The position numbers and the translations under genes are program-made. The notes beneath the pieces are model-generated. The model made no database searches. It had not been told where the DNA came from and was given only the letters and a program-made list of their open reading frames with translations. This document shows positions 24,112-31,800 of a stretch of 64,000 bases of DNA, piece after piece (within the stretch, counting starts at the first letter, position 1; each line of letters opens with the position of its first letter). The DNA comes from Candidatus Cloacimonadales bacterium (GTDB taxonomy: Bacteria > Cloacimonadota > Cloacimonadia > Cloacimonadales > JAIOQZ01): the NCBI GenBank assembly GCA_963662655.2, contig CAXXTU010000002.1, positions 1,280,001-1,344,000 of the forward strand, given 5' to 3'.

Positions 24112-25329
24112 ATGGACTATGCATCCATTGCCTTTATGTTATTGGCAACAAGCCTTGTAATGCTCATGACACCTGGTCTTGCCTTTTTCTACGGTGGATT
24201 GGCACACAAGCGCAACATTCTGGGAATTATGATCCAGAGCTTCGTTTCTCTGGGTATCACCACGATCCTCTGGTTCGCAATCGGTTATTCGTTGTGTTTC
24301 AGCGGAGACGGTGCGATCATCGGAAATTTTGACAAAGCCTTCCTGAGCGGAGTCACGATTCACGATACCTTCAACCCGCCGAACGGACACATTCCCGAGT
24401 TCCTGTTTTTCGCTTATCAGATGATGTTCGCGATTATCACACCTGCCCTCATCACGGGCGCGTTTGTCAATCGTGTGTCATTTAAAGCTTATCTCATCTT
24501 CCTCTGTCTCTGGCAGATATTCGTCTACTATCCCTTTGTACACATGGTATGGGGCGGTGGTATTCTTGCACAGTGGGGTGTCCTCGACTTCGCAGGCGGT
24601 ATTGTCGTTCACGCGACCGCCGGCTTCGCCGCACTCGCTTCCGTGATTTACGTTGGATCGAGAAAAGAACAGAGTTCAACGCCAAACAGCATTCCGCTCG
24701 TCGCAATCGGCACCGGCCTGCTGTGGTTCGGATGGTACGGCTTCAATGCCGGTAGCGAGCTGGCTGTTGACGAGATCACCGTTCAAGCATTCGTCAATAC
24801 CGACATCGCGGCTTCATTCGCCACGGTTACCTGGCTCTTCATCGAATGGTTCCACGCTCGCAAACCGAAACTCGTCGGCCTGCTTACGGGCGCTGTTGCC
24901 GGCTTGGCCACGATCACACCGGCTGCCGGATTCGTTCCGGTTTGGGCCGCAGCAATCATCGGTGTCGTTGCAAGTCTCGGCTGCTACTTCGCCGTTCAGC
25001 TCAAGAACAAGCTCGGATGGGACGACGCCCTCGACGTCTGGGGCGTTCACGGTATCGGTGGAGTCATCGGAACCATCATGCTGGGCGTTTTCGCCTCCAC
25101 GGCTGTCAATTCCGCCGGCGTTGACGGACTCATCTACGGTGGTAGCGGCTTCTTCGTGAAGCAGGTTGTAGCCGTCATCGGTTCCAGTCTCTACGCCTTC
25201 ATCTTCACCTACGTCATGCTGATCGTTATCAACAAGATCACACGCGTTCGCGTCTCCGAAGAAGAGGAACTCAAGGGCCTCGACGCTGCACTGCACGAGG
25301 AAGTCGCATACCAGGAAGGCGTTCTGTAA
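24112..25329 (+). CDS. amtB: ammonium transporter
   Basis: MTPGLAFFYGG, QMMFAIITPALI, DFAGGIVVH, WFGWYGFNAGS and DDALDVWGVHG. Confidence 0.97.
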   Translation: MDYASIAFMLLATSLVMLMTPGLAFFYGGLAHKRNILGIMIQSFVSLGITTILWFAIGYSLCFSGDGAIIGNFDKAFLSGVTIHDTFNPPNGHIPEFLFFAYQMMFAIITPALITGAFVNRVSFKAYLIFLCLWQIFVYYPFVHMVWGGGILAQWGVLDFAGGIVVHATAGFAALASVIYVGSRKEQSSTPNSIPLVAIGTGLLWFGWYGFNAGSELAVDEITVQAFVNTDIAASFATVTWLFIEWFHARKPKLVGLLTGAVAGLATITPAAGFVPVWAAAIIGVVASLGCYFAVQLKNKLGWDDALDVWGVHGIGGVIGTIMLGVFASTAVNSAGVDGLIYGGSGFFVKQVVAVIGSSLYAFIFTYVMLIVINKITRVRVSEEEELKGLDAALHEEVAYQEGVL

Positions 25330-25349
25330 ATTAAACAGCTATTCATTTG

Positions 25350-25373
25350 AAAGGGCGAATCAATTCGCCCTTT
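25350..25373 (+). terminator. intrinsic terminator after amtB
   Basis: aaagggcgaat-ca-attcgcccttt hairpin. Confidence 0.65.
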
Positions 25374-25636
25374 GCTTATTCCGGAATTGCCCGACGAAGC
25401 AACGGAATACGTACAATTGCAAGTGCCAGAACGAACTCGAAAAGGTGGAAGGCTATATGAACGACCTGAAAACCGCGAAAGGAAACATCACCCAAGGCCT
25501 TAAGGATTGCGGATATAAGAAGAAGGTGAAGAAGTAGAATGCTAAGCAATATGTGATTTTAAAGATCATCATAATCTTGACACTCACATAGAATTGCACT
25601 CCTTTTGTTTCATTGGTAGACATAAGGAGCCTTAGC

Positions 25637-26248
25637 GTGAGGAAGTTTATTTTTTCATGCATTCTATTGTGCGTTGTTGGGGCCGTTCTGGCGGAAGAAG
25701 TAACCATTCGTACCAAGGACAACCAGACTCTCGAGGGAATCATTGTTGGGAAGCAAGGTGATACCCTTTATCTGGCAACGAAAGACCGTACCATTTCAAT
25801 CGGCAAAGAAAGTATCCGCGAGATCGTTCGTGACAATCGAGCCATCACAAGAGGCGTGTTCCGGCAGAACGATTTCATGTACGCTACTGAAGACGAAATT
25901 ACGGACTATGAATCGGTCATACTGCCTGAAAAGAATGCAATTGAGAGCAATATCCAAGATTATCGGGCATCACAGACTCACAGTCGCACCTATTTAATAC
26001 CCGTCAGCCTGCTGAGCGCAGCGCTCGCCATTGACTATTTCTGTGACGCCGGTGAAATGGATGACGAGATTGGAACCGCGCGAGGCGATGAGCGTAAGAA
26101 GCTTGTTAAAATGCGCACGCGCAAATATATCATGGGGGGATTGTGTACCCTCGTGGCAATCATCAATTCAGCCATTGCGCTTGATGAGGAACCCGTAAAA
26201 GTCTACACGGACGGTCAACATCTGGGATTATCGATAACGTACTTATAA
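25637..26248 (+). CDS. exported/membrane hypothetical protein; stop codon lies inside the prophage end repeat
   Basis: GTG start after AAGGAG, signal peptide and two hydrophobic segments. The TAA at 26246-26248 falls within the repeat that starts at 26244. Confidence 0.65.
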   Translation: MRKFIFSCILLCVVGAVLAEEVTIRTKDNQTLEGIIVGKQGDTLYLATKDRTISIGKESIREIVRDNRAITRGVFRQNDFMYATEDEITDYESVILPEKNAIESNIQDYRASQTHSRTYLIPVSLLSAALAIDYFCDAGEMDDEIGTARGDERKKLVKMRTRKYIMGGLCTLVAIINSAIALDEEPVKVYTDGQHLGLSITYL

Positions 26249-26459
26249 AGTTGCAGAGAAAATTCTAAACGAAAACAGTGAGGAAAAACGCCCCTAAACC
26301 GCTTGTGGTGAGGCTTTAAGGGTGTGTGTAACGAAACCGAACAGTTTTGAAAATGGCGTCTTTTCGCTTCCATTTGTTTCACAGGTTTTCCAAATACTTC
26401 CGCAATCGCGTAAATGACTGCAATATATGACAAACAAGCCGTGTTGCAAGTAGTTTTGA
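26244..26459 (+). repeat. putative prophage left end, copy 1 (~215 bp direct repeat)
   Basis: tataaagttgcagagaaaattctaaa.gaaaacagtgaggaaaaacgcccctaaaccgcttgtggtgaggcttt... is near-identical to 27332-27547 (offset 1088), with scattered substitutions. Confidence 0.85.
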
Positions 26460-26520
26460 AAAGAGACAAGGAGATGATGGAACACACTCAATATTCTACT
26501 ACTGAGTGCGTCAGGCAATA

Positions 26521-27069
26521 TTATCGAGTATTTTCCTCTTCATCATCAAACATAAAATGCTTAGCCCTAGTGATGATGTCATTCAGAGTATGAATTCTTT
26601 GGTGAATATCCATTGTGTCAATCCCCGAAAATTGAATACAAATGGTCTTGTGGACTATTGAGGCTTCCTTTAAATCGATTGGCATATCGAATAATAGATT
26701 CATTGTAAAAACCGTTACAGCGTTTGGGTCAGAATTGTCCGTATCATGGCGATTTATTTGTACTTCCTTTATATCTCGCAGGAAGTGCCATGTCATTTTG
26801 AAGTCAGTATAGTTATCACACTGTACATCCTCAACCAACACTTCGACAAGCCAGAGCTCAGTAACATAGAAAAAAAACGGTAGATTGATCCTATGGTCAA
26901 CAATGATCAGCTCTTTGGGGTTGTAGCCAATCAACTTGGACGCAGCCTCTAACATCATCTTCTTATGTAACTTAATATCAATCTTTTTCCCCTCATCCTT
27001 TACTTGGGTTGTTTGAAGAAATCTCTTAACACAGGGTAGGTCCTCAAAGTACATTTCCGATTCTTTCAT
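26521..27069 (-). CDS. hypothetical moron-like protein
   Basis: 182 aa AT-rich ORF with a GAGGAG SD, between end copy 1 and the repressor fragment. Confidence 0.65.
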   Translation of the reverse strand: MKESEMYFEDLPCVKRFLQTTQVKDEGKKIDIKLHKKMMLEAASKLIGYNPKELIIVDHRINLPFFFYVTELWLVEVLVEDVQCDNYTDFKMTWHFLRDIKEVQINRHDTDNSDPNAVTVFTMNLLFDMPIDLKEASIVHKTICIQFSGIDTMDIHQRIHTLNDIITRAKHFMFDDEEENTR

Positions 27070-27099
27070 ATAATCTCCTCGTTAGTTAGTGGTTACTTC

Positions 27100-27229
27100 T
27101 CAATATATCCGGATCACCGCTTCCAACACACCCACCAGGAAGACGTCCTGGTACTTGTCCTGGTGAACGACAATCGTCTTGAACTTATGGTTGTATGGAT
27201 GCAGACAAATCACATCTGACCCAAACTCC
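27100..27229 (-). pseudogene. 3' fragment of an S24-family phage repressor
   Basis: VICLHPYNHKFKTIVVHQDKYQDVFLVGVLEAVIR aligns with the C-terminus of 27639..28373; the 5' part is missing. Confidence 0.85.
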
Positions 27230-27331
27230 TTAAAAATCTTTTCGGTTGCATCACGCCATTTGACTACATGACACATCAACAATTATATGAGTTATATCAC
27301 GGCATAATTTGTCAACAAAAAACAATTGATA

Positions 27332-27547
27332 TATAAAGTTGCAGAGAAAATTCTAAATGAAAACAGTGAGGAAAAACGCCCCTAAACCGCTTGTGGTGAG
27401 GCTTTGGGGGCATGTGTAACGAAACCGGACAGTTTTCTAAATGGCGTCATTTCGCTTCCATTTATTGCACAAGTTTTCCAAATACTTCCGCAATCTCGTA
27501 AACCACTGAAATACAACACAAACATGCTATGTTGCAAGTAGATTTCT
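27332..27547 (+). repeat. putative prophage left end, copy 2
   Basis: Direct repeat of 26244-26459, just downstream of the intact repressor gene, as attL lies relative to c in Mu. Confidence 0.85.
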
Positions 27548-27638
27548 AAATAACCCTGTTGCAAGTGGTTTTCCAAATAGAAACGCCCAGGCAATCAACC
27601 TGATCGGCATGCGGCTATAAAAAATGTGGGACTCACAT

Positions 27639-28373
27639 CTAGCGGTCGAACGTCCTGATCAGCGCTTCCATAATGCCAACCAGGAAGACGTCCTGATACC
27701 TGTCCCCTTGAATGACGATCGTCTTGAATTTATGGTTGTATGGATGCAGGAATATCACCTCTGATTCGGGCTCGATCTGTACTTCCTTCAAGGTAATTTC
27801 GCCATCCACACGTACAGCACACACCTTGCCTTCGGCTGCATCCCAATCCCTGAAGTAGCGAATAAGCACAAGGTCGTCATTCATGATGAAAGGCTCCATA
27901 CTACGCCCCTTTACACGCAGGATACAGTATTCTGCTGGTGATCCGTGAAGCAAAATCTTGGGAATAGATACCGGTTCCGCATCAAAGTCTTCAATGCACG
28001 TGGCAGGTTCACCGGCTGCGATCTCTCCGCCCAGAGTTATAATGGAAGCCGGACTATCCAGGATTCGATTGAACATGGAAGAAACTTTGCCTGTTTGAGG
28101 ATCGTAAACGGCTTCTTTCGGAGTGTGTTTCGCAGGCACCTCTGATAGCTTCGGCTCATCCTGCTCAAACATCTCGCCCCTACCAGTTAAAAGCCAGTCG
28201 GGAGATACGTTAAGCCTCGTGACAAGCTTGTGCAGAAACGCACTTGGCGGATCAACAGAACCTTTCTCGTATCTTGAGATATTGGTTCTTGTTGTACCAA
28301 CTATTTTTGAAAAATTATCCTGAGTCATTGAGAGCTTATCTCTAATAGCTGCAAGACGTTCCGACAGTTCCAC
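27639..28373 (-). CDS. CI/LexA-like phage repressor (XRE HTH + S24 peptidase)
   Basis: HTH_3 (MTQDNFSKIVGTTRTNISRYEKG), VSPDWLLTGRGEM, Ala-Gly site IAAG, catalytic Ser in GRSMEP and Lys in ITLK. Confidence 0.92.
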   Translation of the reverse strand: MELSERLAAIRDKLSMTQDNFSKIVGTTRTNISRYEKGSVDPPSAFLHKLVTRLNVSPDWLLTGRGEMFEQDEPKLSEVPAKHTPKEAVYDPQTGKVSSMFNRILDSPASIITLGGEIAAGEPATCIEDFDAEPVSIPKILLHGSPAEYCILRVKGRSMEPFIMNDDLVLIRYFRDWDAAEGKVCAVRVDGEITLKEVQIEPESEVIFLHPYNHKFKTIVIQGDRYQDVFLVGIMEALIRTFDR

Positions 28374-28393
28374 TTATCACCTCAATTGTAAAA

Positions 28394-28440
28394 GTGCAAA
28401 TATGCACATTTTTATCTTGACTTCCTGTGCATATTTGCAC
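28394..28440. promoter_or_regulatory. paired operators of the divergent immunity switch
   Basis: GTGCAAATATGCACA (28394-28408) and TGTGCATATTTGCAC (28426-28440) are perfect inverted copies, each near-palindromic, flanking TTGACT (28417-28422). TATAAT lies at 28451. Confidence 0.75.
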
Positions 28441-28485
28441 AATCCGTCTATATAATCAGATTGATTTATCAAAGTGAGGTGGCAA

Positions 28486-28737
28486 ATGTCAAGAACAATC
28501 GAAAACGGAACCCTGAGCCGCAAAGTCGTTAAAGCGTTTGTAACGCTCTATTTCGGGGATTACAAGACCTTCTGTGAAAGGTACAACATCAGGCAGACCT
28601 CATTCAATACATGGATGCAGGGCGTTGAGACCATGCCCAAAATAAACAAGAAAGTCGTAAAGGCAATGAACGAATACCAATACCCAATCCAACACGCCTA
28701 CAACCCTGATCTGAAGCTGATGGTCGCGGGCGAATAG
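28486..28737 (+). CDS. Ner/Cro-like small DNA-binding protein
   Basis: First gene divergent from the repressor; HTH-like YKTFCERYNIRQTSFNTWMQG. Confidence 0.6.
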   Translation: MSRTIENGTLSRKVVKAFVTLYFGDYKTFCERYNIRQTSFNTWMQGVETMPKINKKVVKAMNEYQYPIQHAYNPDLKLMVAGE

Positions 28738-28752
28738 CTTCAGGAGGAACAA

Positions 28753-29088
28753 ATGAAAACCTATACTACACCATTCGGAGCCATCAACGAAGGCAAAACA
28801 TACTTCGTAGATATCTACCTTTCGGACTGGCAGATAAAGACACGAGAAGAAGGTCTGTCTGTCCAGCACATCATGATCAAGGCCAAGAATGAAAAGGTCA
28901 TATATACAATTTACGCATCAGATTATGAGGTTATAAACCTAACTGAACTGACGTTCACGAACATGGTTAATCAGGCTCTGATGGTTGTAATGAGTGGCTA
29001 CGTAACTTCGTACCATCCCGAGCGTCCGGCGAGCGATATCCAGAAGCAATACACCGCCATGATGGCGAGACAACTGGGGGCGGCGTAA
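28753..29088 (+). CDS. phage hypothetical protein
   Basis: Strong AGGAGG SD; 111 aa; in the early operon. Confidence 0.7.
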   Translation: MKTYTTPFGAINEGKTYFVDIYLSDWQIKTREEGLSVQHIMIKAKNEKVIYTIYASDYEVINLTELTFTNMVNQALMVVMSGYVTSYHPERPASDIQKQYTAMMARQLGAA

Positions 29089-29111
29089 GCCGCTCCCTTT
29101 AGGAGGAACAC

Positions 29112-29858
29112 ATGAACATACAACTTATCTGCAATGTATTGAGTCCCGTTATCATAGTAGGCCTGATTGCCTGGCTATGGAATGATATGAAGACACTGAA
29201 AGCCCAGCGCGAACGCGCCAGCCAGTGGATGCAAGAAACCAATTCCCAACGCACGGCAAAGGAATCTTACAAGTACCAGCTACAAGCTGAGAAAAATAAG
29301 GTTGAGAAAGCCAAGAAAGAACGCGACAGCCTGTTTGAAACCTGCAAACAGAAAGACTTGAACCTGAACCTTGCCAACAGGAACATCGAACAACTCGAAC
29401 ATCACATCGACCAACTGCAGGAAAGCGAGCTATACCGTCAGAAGGAAGCAATCCTGAAGCAGGCTCGTCGCTGGAAAGAGCGGTGGAAATATCAGGTAGT
29501 CATCAATCAAGAGTTAAACGACCACCTGAAACGATGCCACGACCTGATTGAAGTTCTCAACATGGATGCTGATGGGTATTACAAGAGGCAATTCGAACTT
29601 TCTCGTATGGAGGCTGACCGGCTGTGGGATATGCACGATCGCACGCTTACCGACCTCGTACTTGTAAGGATGTATGCAGAAGACCTTGTGAACGCCATAC
29701 ATCGCTGTCAGTACCCGAAAGAACTCGACTTGCTCATCCAGAAGCTACTACCATACATCAACGAAGACCAGGGCATCTCGGAACTGCACGAACAGGAGAA
29801 CACCGTACCAATACACCAGACCGATCCGCCACCTGAAGGTGAGGTCGAGTCGGCATAG
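29112..29858 (+). CDS. phage membrane-anchored coiled-coil protein
   Basis: AGGAGG SD, N-terminal TM segment and long heptad region. Confidence 0.7.
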   Translation: MNIQLICNVLSPVIIVGLIAWLWNDMKTLKAQRERASQWMQETNSQRTAKESYKYQLQAEKNKVEKAKKERDSLFETCKQKDLNLNLANRNIEQLEHHIDQLQESELYRQKEAILKQARRWKERWKYQVVINQELNDHLKRCHDLIEVLNMDADGYYKRQFELSRMEADRLWDMHDRTLTDLVLVRMYAEDLVNAIHRCQYPKELDLLIQKLLPYINEDQGISELHEQENTVPIHQTDPPPEGEVESA

Positions 29859-29932
29859 TCACCTCCTGAAGTAACGCCCTGTCGCAGGGCAGGGCGCTCT
29901 TGAGTAGGTAACTAAACAACAAGGAGATACGT

Positions 29933-30148
29933 ATGAAAGATGACAAAAAAACACCCGAAGAAGTGACAGAAGCAAGCCAAGCGCCAGGAGCGCTTGATTA
30001 CCTTTCCAGTATTGATCAGCAACTTGCTATAATCACCGAACTGTTACAGAGACCTTCGACACAATTGAATCCGATCAATGCCCACGAGCGCGATAAAGTT
30101 GTGGGGCGTGAACGGGATCTCCGACGCAATAATCACATGAAACCATAG
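29933..30148 (+). CDS. phage hypothetical protein
   Basis: AAGGAG SD; 71 aa. Confidence 0.6.
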   Translation: MKDDKKTPEEVTEASQAPGALDYLSSIDQQLAIITELLQRPSTQLNPINAHERDKVVGRERDLRRNNHMKP

Positions 30149-30423
30149 CTACTCCTGCACCAATGCCCTGTTGGGCTGCGGTTTGGCAGGGCACTATGCA
30201 GGAGTAAGAACTATGTGGTACACAACGAAAGAAGTAGCTGAAAAGCTTGGATGTACGCCCCGGACGGTGCGGAATCGGGCAAAGAGTGGTGAATGGAAAA
30301 CCAAGCTCGAACCGAATCCCAAAGGGCAAGCCAAGTTACTGATCTTTCTCCCCGATGATAGCAGTGTCCCGTCCTAAAATAGTTGACCAGCTTTTTCGTG
30401 TTTGATTTCATTTCGATTGCTTC

Positions 30424-31305
30424 CTACGCTGCGTTCAATATCTCGTTCGGTGTGCGGTAGCCCTGCGTGATGATGAGCCGTTCTTCGTTGTAGATCCGAA
30501 CTGCTTCCTCTACGTACTTCAGCGCGTCGTCGAAGTCCCTGAATCTCCGTTCCAGCCCCAACTCGTGCTTCAGAATCCCGTTGATGCGCTCCGCCTTGGC
30601 GTTGTCGTAGCACTTGCCCGGACCGGTCATGCTGGTGCGATAGCAGTAGCGTCGCAGCGCGTTCTGGAAGCAGGCGCTGGTGAATTGCGTACCATGATCG
30701 GAGTGGTGGATGCAGCCTTTGATATCCACGGCTCCGGCATTGCGCAACGACCTCATCGCCCGTTTCAGAGAGAGCGCGGGACCATGCGTGCGCAGGTCGG
30801 GCTGCAGCGAATATCCCAGGATCGCGTCCGAGTACTGATCCGAGGTCAGCGAAAGGTAGGCGAATCCGCGTTGCAAGCGGATGTAGGTGATGTCGCTCGC
30901 GATGATCTGGCCGACGCGGCGAGCGATGATGTCCTTCACCAGGTTCGGGTGTCGACTGCGGCTGCCCAGGCTCGTGCGGAGGTATGAGCGGTACGCCGTC
31001 GACAGCAGCCCGTAGTCGCGCAGGATGCCGAACAGCCGGTCGCGACCAACCTCGAGCCCGCGCGCCTTCAGCATGTATTGCAGCTTCCGCGCCCCGACGC
31101 GTGGCTGTTTCACGCGAATCTCGCGCACGGCGGATACGATCTCCTCCACCTCCGCCTGGAGCCGATGGAGCCGCTTCCTGTGCTGGTAGTAGCTCTGCTT
31201 GCTGCGACCGAACAAGCCGCAAATCACCTGCATGTTCGCGGCTACTTCTCTTTCTTTCGCGACAGCTCGACATTCGGTGACAACAGCGAACCAGTCTTTT
31301 TTTTT
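30424..31305 (-). CDS. IS3 OrfB transposase (rve/DDE)
   Basis: SDITYI, HHSDHGTQF and YDNAKAERINGILKHE. Likely joined to OrfA by -1 slippage at the A9G tract (31296-31305); an alternative ATG lies at 31233. Confidence 0.9.
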   Translation of the reverse strand, partial: KKKDWFAVVTECRAVAKEREVAANMQVICGLFGRSKQSYYQHRKRLHRLQAEVEEIVSAVREIRVKQPRVGARKLQYMLKARGLEVGRDRLFGILRDYGLLSTAYRSYLRTSLGSRSRHPNLVKDIIARRVGQIIASDITYIRLQRGFAYLSLTSDQYSDAILGYSLQPDLRTHGPALSLKRAMRSLRNAGAVDIKGCIHHSDHGTQFTSACFQNALRRYCYRTSMTGPGKCYDNAKAERINGILKHELGLERRFRDFDDALKYVEEAVRIYNEERLIITQGYRTPNEILNAA

Positions 31306-31649
31306 GCGCTGTTGCCGTACTTGCGCTCGGTCACGTTCACGATCGCCTGCAACGCGCAGTTCTCCAGCACTTTCTCGCTCAACGCAGCCTGCAAATCCTG
31401 CACCTTCTTCTCCAGCTCCGCGATTGTCTTGTCCTTGTAATCTTCTTTCGCCATGCGACCTCGCTTTTGAGCTCCCTTGCGTCGCGCCGGCTTCACGGCG
31501 TCCTCTTTGATCCAGCGATACAGCGTGCGAACGGATATGTCGTACTGCTCCGCGAGCTCCGCCACGCAGTAGTCGCTCGTCAGCACGTGATGCAGAACAC
31601 GCGCCTTCACCTCGCAACGCTTCGCCCGTCGTTTCACATTTTCTCCCAT
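31242..31649 (-). CDS. IS3 OrfA (HTH + leucine zipper)
   Basis: GAAGGAGG SD; VAELAEQYDISVRTLYRWIK HTH; IAELEKKVQDLQAAL zipper. Confidence 0.88.
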   Translation of the reverse strand: MGENVKRRAKRCEVKARVLHHVLTSDYCVAELAEQYDISVRTLYRWIKEDAVKPARRKGAQKRGRMAKEDYKDKTIAELEKKVQDLQAALSEKVLENCALQAIVNVTERKYGNSAKKKTGSLLSPNVELSRKKEK

Positions 31650-31698
31650 ACCTGAGCCTCCTTCGACCCAACGGTCAACCTATTTCAGGACGGGACAG

Positions 31699-31800
31699 CA
31701 GTGAGAAAATCGTCAGTGCGGAAAGCAGTGAGGAAAGCAGTGAGGAAATTAGTGGGGAAACTCCCAGTGCGGAAATCGGTGAGGAAATCAGTGGGGAAAG
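31699..31800 (+). repeat. 8-copy 12 bp tandem array YAGTGVGGAAAN inside the transposase gene
   Basis: cagtgagaaaat, cagtgcggaaag, cagtgaggaaag, cagtgaggaaat, tagtggggaaac, cagtgcggaaat, cggtgaggaaat, cagtggggaaag, with two 3 nt spacers. Confidence 0.9.

Larger units (their letters stand above)
30365..31697 (-). mobile_element. IS3-family insertion sequence (1333 bp)
   Basis: Terminal IRs TGTCCCGTCCTAAAATAG-TTGACC / TGTCCCGTCCTGAAATAGGTTGACC, 4 bp target duplication GCAG (30361-30364, 31698-31701), higher GC than the phage. Confidence 0.95.

Noticed and set aside
25385..25540. Short Lys-rich open frame after the amtB terminator
   Set aside because: It has no convincing start or family match. 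It may be a gene remnant but cannot be supported.
27100..27775. Repressor 3' duplication as a diversity-generating retroelement TR/VR pair
   Set aside because: Differences are not adenine-specific, many are synonymous, and no reverse transcriptase is present in the window. A diverged phage homolog explains it better.
30424..31671. Single 415 aa IS transposase ORF as given in the track
   Set aside because: Its N-terminal third is an alternative frame of orfA. OrfA has the SD, HTH and zipper, and an A9G slippery site links the two frames.
31699..31800. Short repeat array as a CRISPR
   Set aside because: The units are 12 bp with no spacers, lie in frame within a gene, and no cas genes are present.
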